64,000 nt of DNA from Camelus dromedarius (taxonomy: Eukaryota): NCBI RefSeq assembly GCF_036321535.1, contig NC_087437.1:82152001-82216000 (forward strand), in the 5' to 3' direction. Both the position numbers and the translations under genes were made by a program. Below the pieces are notes generated by a model. It saw nothing but the letters and a program-made list of their open reading frames with translations. It did no database searches and was not told the DNA's origin. Below, one piece after another: positions 52,229-64,000 of the stretch. Positions within the stretch are counted from its first letter, which is position 1. Every line of letters begins with the position of its first letter.

Positions 52229-55200
52229 ACATTCTTTTTTATTCTCAGTGAGTCCTCACACATTATAAGAATGCCTCTATTTTGAGTATGATTAGATTGT
52301 TGAATCTACACCTAAAAGGAGTAAGAAAGAATGTGTGTTTGTGAGAAACAGAAAGAGGGAGAGAGAGGAAGAGAGAGGGAAGAGATTGTTGCTTAAATTG
52401 GAGAATTAACCAGATTTTTTAAAACTAGATTTTAAAACTATTTAAACTGATTGTTTTTGCTTAGAATGGACAATTAACTATATATATATTTTGCCTAGAA
52501 TGAAGAAAGCCCTGTGTTCAGAGTGAAAATGTATTTGAGAATGTAAAATAAAGGGAAGAAATATCTTTAAAGGGTCTTTGATTTGAAGCTCACAGATAAT
52601 TTTTCAATGGTATTATCTGGAAAATATCACTCAATTATATTAAAGTAAAACAATCTTTGTGCATTCTCTCTGTGCTAGGTTCTGCAGAAGACAGAGATAT
52701 CATAGGATTCTGAGATGGGAGAGTAGGAAGAGATGATGGCAATGATTTAGTCCATTCCAATTCCTCACTGTACAAATGAAAAGACTCAGGCATAGTGACA
52801 TTTGTGATCTCTGTCCAGTGTCATACAGGTAACTTAGAGGCAGAGTTGGAACAGGAAATCATGTCTTGGACTGTAGACTGGAGGTTCTGAAGACCAGAGG
52901 CTGTTGCAATAGTTCAAGTCAGTGTTAAAGAGGTCAAGATTGTGGTGGTGGGAGTGGATGAGTGAATATAGATGAGAAAAAAATGGCTGAAGTTGAATCT
53001 TTAGAACTTGGACACTCCTTGGCTGTGGGGCTAGTGAAGTGGGGATAGGAATCTTAGGTGGCTGTGGAGTTGTGAGCCTATGTGATGGAGAGAATGGCAT
53101 GTTTAATGAAGAGAGGGGTGTACCAAGAGGAGGTTTAAGTACTGAGCATTTGTCACGTGGAGAAATTCATGAGCTAGCCTGTAAACTATTCTATCAGTAC
53201 TGTTTGTTTCTGCTTTTCACATCTTACCTGGCATTGGCAATTGGTCCTCTGAGACCACTTCTTCACATAGACTCATCTTCAAGGGCTCCCCCTTTTTTGT
53301 GGAGCCTTCTTTGCCAATGTAACCTCAGTCTACTCTTCCTCTAACTGCTTGTAGCTCTTATCATTCATCAAGTCCTTAATAAATAGCTGTAGGTGATCTA
53401 TTTTCTTCATTAATAATATACTCATTCAACTAATAGTCTGTTCTAGGCACTGGGAGCTAGATAGCGTTCCTTCTTCCACAAGCATACATTCTAGTAGGAG
53501 ACACGTCGGAGACAATAAACATACACTAAATAAACACTGAGCAATTTCAGATGGTGGCAGGTGCTGTAGAGAAAGTACAGTAGAGTGATGTGGTAGAGAC
53601 CAGAATGTGCTGTTGTATTTGGTTCTGTTGGAATGCTTTAGCTTCTAATTGTCTATGTTTTCTCTTTCCAGCTAGATCATTAAGTTCTTCAAAGGCTAGA
53701 GTCCAATCTCATGTTTCTTTGGCATCTTTTATAACACAGAGTGGCCTGTGGGTAACAGTAGTATCTTATCACACTTCTTTTTGAATAAATAGGTGTCTGT
53801 TGAATGCTTACTCTAGATCCTTCTTTGTCATCAATTCTGATATTTCCCTTACACTAATATTTATCTTCTGAACTGGCCAGGTAGCAGTAGTGCTGTCAGT
53901 ATGGGGAAAAATACAGTTAGTTATAAAGAGGGTTATGTATTAGGATATAAAAAAAGATATTGCACAGATGTGTATCCATATATCCTCCCAATGAAATTGG
54001 CCTCCCAGATGGAAGCAGCTGCTCTGACTCTTGAATATCTCAAATCTCATTTGACTATCCGTTATCAGTGAGAATTTACAACTCTCATTGTTAGAATTGT
54101 GTACTTTTCAAGCTAGAGTCCCTCCTAGGTACTGAAAGATTCTCAAACCACCTCACCTCTCTTGTGCCAAAGCCTTTTCAGTCAACTCCCTAAAACATGC
54201 TTTTATCTCAGCTTCCCTGATCTCTTAGGGAATGCCAGCATTTAAAACAATTTGCTTGTTTTCCTTTTAACTTCCTAATCTGACTAATTTAATTCTGAGT
54301 CATAGACCCATAAAGTTTATTAGCAGATCTAATCATGCCAAAGATTTCTTCATAGCAGCTACTCCTTTACTATCTCCTGTAGTTAACAGGAAACATTTCA
54401 TACCTCAAGTTGGCACTCAGGTTTTTGTGTGTGGTTTTAAATTTTTGTATATTTCAGGTGGAGGTTATAGCAAACTGACTAAATTACTACATAGAAAAAA
54501 TTTTAAATGAAGAAACTGAAAATAAAAGAAGTGGAATTGAGAGGAGGGTGGTGAAGTTATGATAAATAGATCTGAATCAGTTATGCCTAAATCTGTTGCA
54601 TGAATTCCAAAATAAATACCCCAATTTCTACCTTGGTTACCACTTTAAGGTCTGGTAGTCATAATCTGATGTGAGAATAGCTGGTTTTAGTTTCTATTAT
54701 GATGGTGCAGTAACCCTGTGACCCTGGGCCTGATAGAAGGCTGCTCAGGGTCTGTGCAGAGGGACCCGCTAAGTCTAGTCTAGGAGCCACTGGTTACATT
54801 GAAGCAGGCCTCCAGCTCCTCAGGGTACTGTGCCCTCTGCTCTTCCCCTCCGAAGGATATTTGGATATTCACTCAGCCTTGCTGTGCTTTCTGTCTTTGG
54901 TTTCTCTCTTTGAGCCTGTTTTAAGGTCCCTCCCTGACCGAGCTGCTGTTGGCTGCTCTGGGTGAAAATACCCCAGACTCAGAATCTGAGTCCTTGGTCC
55001 AGGCCTCTTGTGGTAGGTGCCCCTACCTAGCACAGATCCTCCTGAATTCTGGGGGTGGGACCCCAACAAACTTTAAATCTTGACTTAAGAAGTTATTCTT
55101 AAATGTCCAGCAATGTGCTACAGAAGTTGAAACTTTTGGTATGTTTACTCTTTCTGCTTTGTTCCATTCAGACATTAGGATAAACAAACCCTAGAATTCT

Positions 55201-58200
55201 AGTGTGTGTTATTAATGAAAAAAGACACTTACATTTGTACTGACCTAGTTGATGCTCCTTAATTTGTTTTATAATTCTTGTAACAAATACTGAGTGACTC
55301 TCATATGGCTGGCAGGAGGGCAGATACTCCAGATATATCAGTGAACATAACATGACCTATGGTTCCTGCTCTAAGGGAGCTTATTCTGTGGGACATGCGT
55401 GAGAAGGAAGAAAACCAACTAACAAGTGAAATGATGCAAATTGTGGTAGCGCATTGATGGAAGCAAATACAAGTATGGGAGGAGAAGGGAGAAGAGAGAA
55501 CAGCCAACTTGTCTTATGATTTTAAATTATTTTTATTTTAAACTTTTTATGGAAAAACTTGACTACTGAGTGTAAGTCTCACTCATAAAATAAGAGGTGA
55601 TGAGAAGAACCTTCAGTTTTCTTTTGAGATTTATTGATTAAAAAAAACAAACAACTAAGAGGCTATTACAGTTCAGCTGCCTTAGGGTTGATGCTAGCTT
55701 ATTATTGGGAATGGCTTTTTCAGTTGCTTGCAAACCACTTTCACCATTTTCTCCTCCTAATCTTTTAAGATTACCATGCTGTGCCGAGACTACTACAATT
55801 CATGTAAAATAACTCCTTAGTAATTTTTAAGTTTTGGCTGTATGTTGAAATGATAACATTTTAGACATACTGGGTTACATGAAATATATTACTAAAATTA
55901 ATTCTACGTGTTTAACTTTATGTTTTAAATGTGGCTGCCAGAAAATTTACAATTATGTCTGTGGCTCTCATATTTCTATTGAAAAGACTGCTATAGAATC
56001 TTGGTATGAGGACTTGTTTATTATTTGGATGGATTGTGGTCTATGATGAGTACCCTTAACAATTATTCCTAAAAAAAGAAAAGATGTAATTTGGTTGGAG
56101 AGGATGTGAATTATATCCCCTAACATCTGTCTTCTATAAGCGTTCACTGCAGTTTTTACTTCTGCCAACAGTCAAAGATTTCTTGAGAAGATGGGTATGC
56201 ATTTTGATCTATTTTTTGCTTTCCATGCACAAGCTAGATACTTGTATTACTTGGCTAAACTTTGTAAGTCACCTAATCTTACCATATTGTATGCTGCTGG
56301 TCTATCAAAAAAACCTTATAATTTTACATAAGAAAAAGAGACTAAGAACAAGAATCCCCCCATTTATAAAGATTTGCAGATAGCAAAGAACTGAAGAGTG
56401 AGGAAGATATTTGAGATTTATCAACCATAAAGGAAGTACTGAAATTAACTTTTGGTTTGGCACATTTGGTTTGACAGTTCTTGGACAATAATGCTGTGAG
56501 GGGGATGACAAAAGATCATTTCCAAAGGGTAGACATGGCACCATGCAGTTATATGTTCCATTTCATTTTAAATATAGTACCTTTATTCCAGGCAAAACCC
56601 AGAGTATTCTAGAAGCAAACTGAAGAAAGTATCTGACTATATTACTAAGGCCAATTACAGTCTGCTCGATTGTACATTCAAATATTTTTGTTACTCTTCC
56701 TGACTTTGGCGTACACATCTCCCTTATTTCTAAGTCACCAGTGACTGAGAATGGTGAAAGGGCGAGTGGAACAAAATGGAAGAGTAAGGATTTCCTCAAG
56801 GTGAAAAGAGACACTCGTCACTGGGGAACATACAAATGCCCATTATACTCAAATTGAATGAGTGAAATTGGTTTAAATGTGACCACAAATTATTTGCGCA
56901 ACCTATATATACATTCATTTCTTTGTGGTCATTTGAGCTATATTTGGTTACCAAGCTGCAGAAAGTTTCAGTTGTTTTAGACAAGGCAAAATGCTAGTTG
57001 CTAAAGGGGTTATTAATTAACAGTAGACTGTGAGCATCCTGGATCATGTCGTTTCTGTCATTATTCATCATTAAATTACACATCTTCAACGGATGTGTGT
57101 GTGTGTGAGTGTGTGTGTGTGTGTGAGTGCACGCACGCATGCTGGGTTGGGGGTTTGCTGGTGAGAGAGGGGAAAGGAGAGAGTAAGCATCTGGCCTGAG
57201 TCTAGAAGCCTTCCTACTGCCTGGAAGAGGAATGAGACACTCTGTAACTCGATTCTTTCTAAGCACCTCCAGAAAAAACATAATTTCTTTAAAAATCAGT
57301 CTCTTTTAAACTAAAAAAAAAGGTCTTTTCCAAGAGAAGAAAAGCATTGCTGTTCATTTGTTATAACATTAACACTTGGCAATTTAATTGCATCATTTTG
57401 GTAACATTCTCATGAAACAGTACAATCGACTGCACTGGAAAAACTAATAATAAAGCCTCTGTTCTGCTGCTAATTATCTGTGTGGTTTCAGGAAATCTGC
57501 TTTACCTCTCTGGACCTCGGTTTCCTTGTCCATCGAAAGAGAGGGGTTATAATATTGGAGCTTTTAAAACATTAATCTTTACTGCTAATCCTGCCCTTAA
57601 TTCCCCATCCATGAGAGTGGTTGGTGATGGCGAGGGTAGGCAGGGGTATGGTCTGAGGTGCTAGGAACAGAGTTAGAAGACCAATGTGTTAGTTCATCTG
57701 AGCATCTTGTTAGAATGCAGATTCTGGCTCAGTAGGTCCAGGGTGAGGCCTGGGTTTCTACATTTCTAACAAGCTCTCAGGTGATGCTGATGATATTGGC
57801 CCCTGGAAGGTGCTAGATGATTATTTTTCTCAACCTTCTCATTTAATAGATAAAAATGGGTGGTAAAGGCAGAGTGACTCACCCAAGCTCACCCTACAAT
57901 CGAGTTGTGCACCCCATGTGAGAATTCTTGATTTCGTGATTATTTGCTTAATGACAGTGTCACTTTCTATCTCTCCTATCCCTTCCAGTGCTAAAACTCT
58001 TGTTTGATAACATTTTGGGGCTTTACATTTCTTAGGAGTCACTCTGGGCTCAGTGTTTTGGCCACTCTATCTCATTACTTTCACAATTTCATATCAAACA
58101 GTAGTTGCTGGAAAAATCAAATTTGACAAATTAACTAATTTTCAATTCATGGCCTTAGTCTCCATTTAGAATGACCCCTGCGTGTTTGTGTACTGTGCAT

Positions 58201-58649
58201 GGACAGGAAGTAAAAGTCCACTAAGCAAAATATCCTGTTTGCTGATTCCATGAATTGTAACAGCTGTCTGTTAACACTCTAGGTAATATCAGCTTTAGCT
58301 AAGATTGTTTTTAGATTATCAGAGCCCACATTCTGTGGAGCTTTATGAGTTAAGATAAAAAGAAGTATAGCTACTTTTGAAAGCCGAGTAGTAGCCAATA
58401 TAAACCATGCTATAGCCAGTAAAGGAATTTCCATGTTGTCTTTTATGTTCATTTGTCATTCTCATCCAATAATGTTTTTTGAGCCCCTGGGAATGCAAAG
58501 CAGTGGCTGACAAAGTTAATCCAGAAAAAGACAGTCTGTACCTCTAAGTATTTTTAAAAAATAAGATAGCATGCACTAAAAAATATCCATTATCCTGGAG
58601 TTTGTTCTCCTTAGTCTCAGAAAAATAAAATTTTCTCTAATCCAGATTA

Positions 58650-58985
58650 CTCAGCATTTCCCAAAATATGTTCCTTAGAACATTAGTCCTATGAAATGCT
58701 CTGAGGAAACAAAAAGGATTTTTGTTGATAAATAAATTTAGGACTGCCTGCTTAATATATATTTCCCTTAAGTTTCACAAAGTACAGTAGAATGTGAGAG
58801 TCTCCGAGAAGTCTTACAATAAAAAAAAAAAAAATCCTTTGATTTTGTTTAACAGCATTTCTTCAACTTATTTGACTATAGATCTCTGCCAATCTCCCCT
58901 GACTTTTTTTTTTTTTCTTCATGTAATGTCTCTGAAGATCCTGTAGAATTAATGTTCTGTGGAATACACTTTGGGAAATCCTGGT
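58650..58985. mobile_element. hAT-Charlie non-autonomous element
   Basis: Inverted ends cagcatttcccaaaatatgttcc / ggaatacactttgggaaatcctg. Confidence 0.7.
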
Positions 58986-60087
58986 CTAGATTATTTTCCC
59001 CAATTTTTTAGTTTGCTTTTTCTGTGGTTATCTGGCTAATGTCTTGTGTTAAACATACCAGTACAAACTACCTAGTAATGCTGTTTTTTTTTAAGGGAAT
59101 AAATCTTAACTATTAGTTATTTTAAAGGAAAATGAAAAGGAAGATATTTAAAAGCGTGTAAATAGTAACCTAAAGTTTTCCTTCTGATTGTCAGAGCTTT
59201 CTACATCTGTCTGTGAGCAGTTTGGTTTGCTGTATTTTGATGGTCTCTTAACCGTGAGGAACTTGAATAGATGGGAAAAACATCTTTAGATTTAGAAACA
59301 AATATCAGGGTTTTGTTGATACTGGTCTCCTCCAGGGCAATTTTTTAAAGTATCCTATGTGCATCTAATTCTGAGATACTTGTAAATGTCACACGGACAA
59401 ACATGAAATCCTTTATAATTATGTATTTAATTCAGTGCACTTCAGAAAAACTATGAAAGCATTCTAAAAATACGATTCACATATCTTATTGCTGAAGTAG
59501 TATTAATGTTTGAAAAATGAAAGTCAATTGCAAGATGAATACCAGGTAGTTAATGGTAAAAAGAAACTGAGAAAGAGGTGCACACATGACCAAATATCGG
59601 GACTCAGTGCCTGGGGGGTGAGCCAAGAAGTGAGTTCTGGGGCCTGGCCTGTGTCCCCTCTGAGGCATCTTCACCCCTGTGTTTGAGAACCAACATAGGA
59701 TAATGGAAAGATTGCAGGATATAGGTTGAGGAGATTATGGTCTGTGGAAAGAAAGCTAGTGAGACATGAGCTCACAGCTTTTGTAAGACATTGTGTAACA
59801 AGGCACCACTCAGCCTGATGTCCAGAGTTGAAAACCTCATATGTATGTATGAAAGCCTCATGACCCACACTGGACCGTCACATAGATGAGTTACTGCCAA
59901 TGAATAAGTTCTGTCTCTTCTGGACAAATACATCGAGCAGTAAATTTAGCCTGCAGTGCGGAGATATATGACTCACATTTGCCCCCTTAAGATTAGCCAT
60001 CAGTCTGTACCTCCAGATCTTTTGCCTTCTATGAGTTATTGCCTTTAAAGAGGCCATTAAAAATTTTGGCTGCTTTCTGTTCGATGA

Positions 60088-60302
60088 GTAGTTCTCCACT
60101 GAGGGTGATTTTTCCACCCAGGGGACACTTGACTATGTATGAACACATTGTTCATTGTCACAACTGTGAGGAAAGTGCTACCGGCATCTAGTGGGTAGAA
60201 GCCATGGGTGTTTCTAAAGTTCCCACAGTGCTCAGGACAGCTCCCCACAACAAAGAAATACCTGATCCAAAATATTAATAGGGCCAAACATGTGAAACCC
60301 TG
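60088..60302. mobile_element. MER20
   Basis: gggtgatttt..caggggacact..ttgtcacaactg..ggcatctagtgggtagaagcca..gaaaccctg. Confidence 0.85.
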
Positions 60303-60445
60303 TGTTCGAATGATGTAGGCAGGAAGAATTGGACGTAATGACTGCAGAACTCAATCACAAAGGCTCATCAGGCACATTGAAACACACTTTTTGTGCTCCC
60401 AATGCATTTTTTTTTTTAAGAGAAAATGTAGTGGTAAGTACTATC

Positions 60446-60919
60446 TGTGGTATGCTGAATACTACACTCCCTAAAATGTCATGTCTTAACCTCTGGAACT
60501 TGTGAATATATTATTTTACTTAACAAAAAGGACTTTCTAGATATGATGAAGTTAGGGATGGGGAGATTATCTTGGGTTGTCTGAGTGGGCCCAGTCTAGT
60601 CGCAAAGGTTCTTTCCTATAGAAGGGCAGGAGGAGAGTCAGCATCGGAAAGGAGACATGATGAAGAAAGCAGAGGTTGGTGTGATATGATTAAAGGTGGA
60701 GGAAGGGGCCACAAACCAGGGAATGCAAGCTGCCTCTGGAAGCTAAAGAAAGCAAGGAAATGGATTTTCCCCTTTAGTTCCAGAAGGTGATGACACCTTG
60801 ATTTTAGCCCTGTAAGACTTCTTTGATCTTCTGACTGCCAGACCATAAGATAATAAGTTTATGTTGTTTTATGCCACTAAGTTTGTGATGATTTGTTACA
60901 GCAGTAGGAAACTATAGAC
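60446..60919 (+). mobile_element. MaLR solo LTR (MLT1C/D-like)
   Basis: tgtggtatgctgaat..gggagattatcttgg..ccactaagtttg..tttgttacagcag, with a 5-bp TSD ctatc. Confidence 0.85.
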
Positions 60920-63900
60920 TATCATTTGGTGTCGTTTGAGAATGGATATGTATTTCCATGTATAGCATAAATGGATCTCTGAGTTTTACTGTATTAAATT
61001 ACAAAATATAGTTAAACCTATACCTACTTGGAACATTTTTTTTTTCTAATTGTATGAGAGGTTCTTTGGGGTTTTGCATGAGGATCAACGATCCTGCAGG
61101 TGAAGAAGTGCTGGTGGTGTAACAGCTGCTTGATAGAATCTTAAGCTAACTTGCTCTGTGCTGCCTTCTTTCACAGGCAATTTATGGATAAAATAATTCA
61201 TCAAGTGGTTTGGAAGATGCAGAGTATGAGGAAATGTTGTGATAGTGGCTGAACAATTATTCATGAATGCTCCAAAATTATAAACATTTGTTATGCTCTC
61301 ACTTACATGGTTTTATTAATTTTCGTAACAAACATATTAAGTTACTTGTTGTTATTATAAGTTTCTCACTGAAGCCCCCCTAAATGTTGCTTTGTGGTAT
61401 GTACCCTGAATAAGAACAGTATCGGGTTTTTTTCTGGCCCATATCGAGTATGTTTGTAAGCAGTCAGGTAGCGTCCAGAGTGCAGCATGGAGTCTTGTAA
61501 CTGTCACCACCTAGTGTATGTATGGATTGGTGTGTCTGTGTGCATAGCTGCAACCTCCTGCCCAAGAGATCTCCCCAAACCCAGCCTCATCACACCAAGG
61601 GCAGTTCCCTCATCTACCCTCTCTGTTTGTGCAATGTGAACATTTTAGAATTACTTATTGCATGCTAATAGTACACACACAAACAGATAAAGATTACTAA
61701 CATTTACAGAGCACCAGATAGCACACAACGTGCTTTTTACCTTCATTGTCTTATAATCTTTAGCACGTTTAATTTTATTTATCAACATTTTACAGATTAG
61801 GGAATGGGAACTGAGAGTTTCAGTGATTTACCTAAAGTCAAAAAGGCAGTGGAGGCAAGTGGGACTCATTCTCTCTCTGACTTGGCAAGTTTTTGTCCAC
61901 CTGCTGCTGGGTGGCTCTACGGCATCTGGACTTTGAGAGACAGGCAGTTAGACAGCGTGGCCGAGGTCACTGTGGTGATCACGTTGACACTTATACATCA
62001 GGTGCATCCTCTATGTGACCTAGTCACCTAGCCCCCAGTGTGCTCCTGCTTTTAAGACTATTTCTCTGCCTCTGGACCTTGGGAGACCTCCTCTTGAACC
62101 TTCACTGTTCTCATTAGTCGAGGGGAAGGAAGGTATTCCTTTGGTTCCTGGCTTTGGTATAGCCCTCTCCCCAGGGTCCTCTGGTTCTTACTTTGTGGAC
62201 CGTTTTATGGATTTACACTCTCTGAAATCTGTTGAATAAACTAACACTAAGAGAAATGAATGATTAGCTACTTTATTGTTCTGTTTTCTTAATCTTCACG
62301 TTGTAAGAAAGTTAGTACTAAATTGACTATGGCATATCACTAAAATTATATGATATTGGGGTAGATTCCAGTAAAAATTGAGTGCAGATCTTTGGTCAAA
62401 AATGTAACCCTTGATTCTACTATTGTTTTCAGGATGCAACCTATTGTTTAAATTTATTTTGCCTTGTCTGGGAAATTTTAGGCTCCATTTAGGGCTGCCT
62501 GGTTAATTCTCATGAAGAGAGATTGTGAAAATTCAAAAGTAACTGCCTTTGGGGGATTTCTGTTCCAGCATTTGATAAAGAGTAGGAATAGTATTAAGAT
62601 ATTTATTAGAGGCAAAATTATTTTATGTAATATTGAGAACAAGAAAAAGATAAAAATCCTTGAATGGTTGAAAAGATTGCCAAGTCCCCAGCTAAGTACC
62701 TCACGTGGGTAAGGTAGCCTGACTATTATATCCGTATTTTTTTTAATCACAGAAAATTGCTGTGGTGGATGAATTAGCACTCTTACTAAGAATGTATTCA
62801 ATTTATTACCACATTACAGACTTAAATAAGCAAAATCAACGTGACTTGACTATAGGCTTTTAGTATCCATATGTGTTTGGATTGAAAACAAAATCTTTTG
62901 CTATTCTATGTGGAAAGCCATTAGAAGAATTATAAATGGAAAAACAACATACCAGAATTTTTTTTAATAGACTTGAAAATTCTACAACATAGAGAAAAGG
63001 GGAGAAAAATGTATAGTGACATAGGGTATGGTATGGACGGTGCAGGGAAGGGGTAGTCTCTTCTTTTCTTCGCACTGACATCTTTTATTTGACAGATTTT
63101 TAAGTTCATGAGGAAACTGAGAAAGATTAACAAGGATGGAAATACTATCCTAATTTTCTTATCTAGTAGAATATAACTAAGTTAATATCATTTTGAGATT
63201 ATGTATGTAAAATATAATTCAAAATAAAAGATTGAAATTTGTAGCATTTGAAAAGTATTCATATTTTGGGCACACCATGGGTATACAAATTCCTGCTCCT
63301 TCTCACCACCTTTGATGATAGTGAGACAGTGTTAATTACGCAGCATCCTCTCCAACTTTTAACGCTGTATCTTGCATTACTTGCATTTGTCTTCTTACTG
63401 CTTGAGCTTACAATGTAGTTGATTGACATCATTTTTTCTTAGAGTTCTTATTACATAAGAATAAATTTATTTATTCCTTAGAGTGAGGCATTAAACTAGT
63501 ATATTTGAAGATGGTAAAATTTGCAAAATACTCAGAAATATTTTCTTTAGGAAAGCATAATTCAGTTGTAGGTATTACCAGAGAAAGTGGGGAGAAAAGT
63601 ACTGCCTTTTATTCTCCCTTTCCAGTTGTAGTTACACCAACAAATAGGATGACAATCCAGTCCAAAAATATTTCCATTTCTTTTAAGAGCAAGACCTTGA
63701 GGTCCACTTGAATTCTTGCACTGCCTCCCCTTCCCAGAACCTTTTTAAATTTTGGCAACATTTTGCAATTAGGTAATGGAAGCACAATTCCCGTTCAGAA
63801 AATTATTCTACAAGGTGCCAAATTCAGACATTATGAAGAAAATACACTACTCTACCTTAAGAAATGATTCTATCATTAAAATAATACAGACAATTCACAG

Positions 63901-64000
63901 ATAGCAGTGGGAAATGGATTGTTGATATCTGACAACTCTCCATTTCAGTGGGAAAAAGATGAACAACTGGCTTAAAGCAAAAGACAAACTCTCGTTAAAA

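Noticed and set aside
51720..52251. ORFs of 174 and 116 aa
   Set aside because: They span a (TG)n tract and a MER5-like element and show no recognisable protein.
63290..64000. Coding-like scraps (LPTFSGN on minus, PFQWEKDEQLA on plus) reminiscent of LTR retrotransposon proteins
   Set aside because: The matches are short, on opposite strands and at the window edge, and could be chance.

Overview
Mammalian genomic DNA, probably from a camelid (a Vic-1-like tRNA-derived SINE at 18611-18772 and cetartiodactyl-type L1 3' ends). I find no intact protein-coding gene. The main result is a large decayed gene on the minus strand from about 1900 to 22400, possibly starting at 26787. Manual translation shows about nine tandem PX + FERM-like modules of the SNX17/SNX27/SNX31 sorting-nexin type, interleaved with two or three PDZ domains. 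The modules are nearly contiguous and are broken by stops, frameshifts and old MIR/L2/MER insertions, some inside domains. I know of no described protein with this multiplied SNX27-like architecture. The window also holds an MTFR1L processed pseudogene (19140-21128, minus strand) with a CpG-rich 5' half, a small CpG island and CTCF-like motifs inside the fossil gene, a 5'-intact, 3'-truncated L1 (about 44950-50045) with a nested Tigger1 derivative, and many ancient repeats. All homology calls are by-eye alignments to sequences recalled from memory; no database searches were run. Boundaries of decayed modules and old repeats are approximate.
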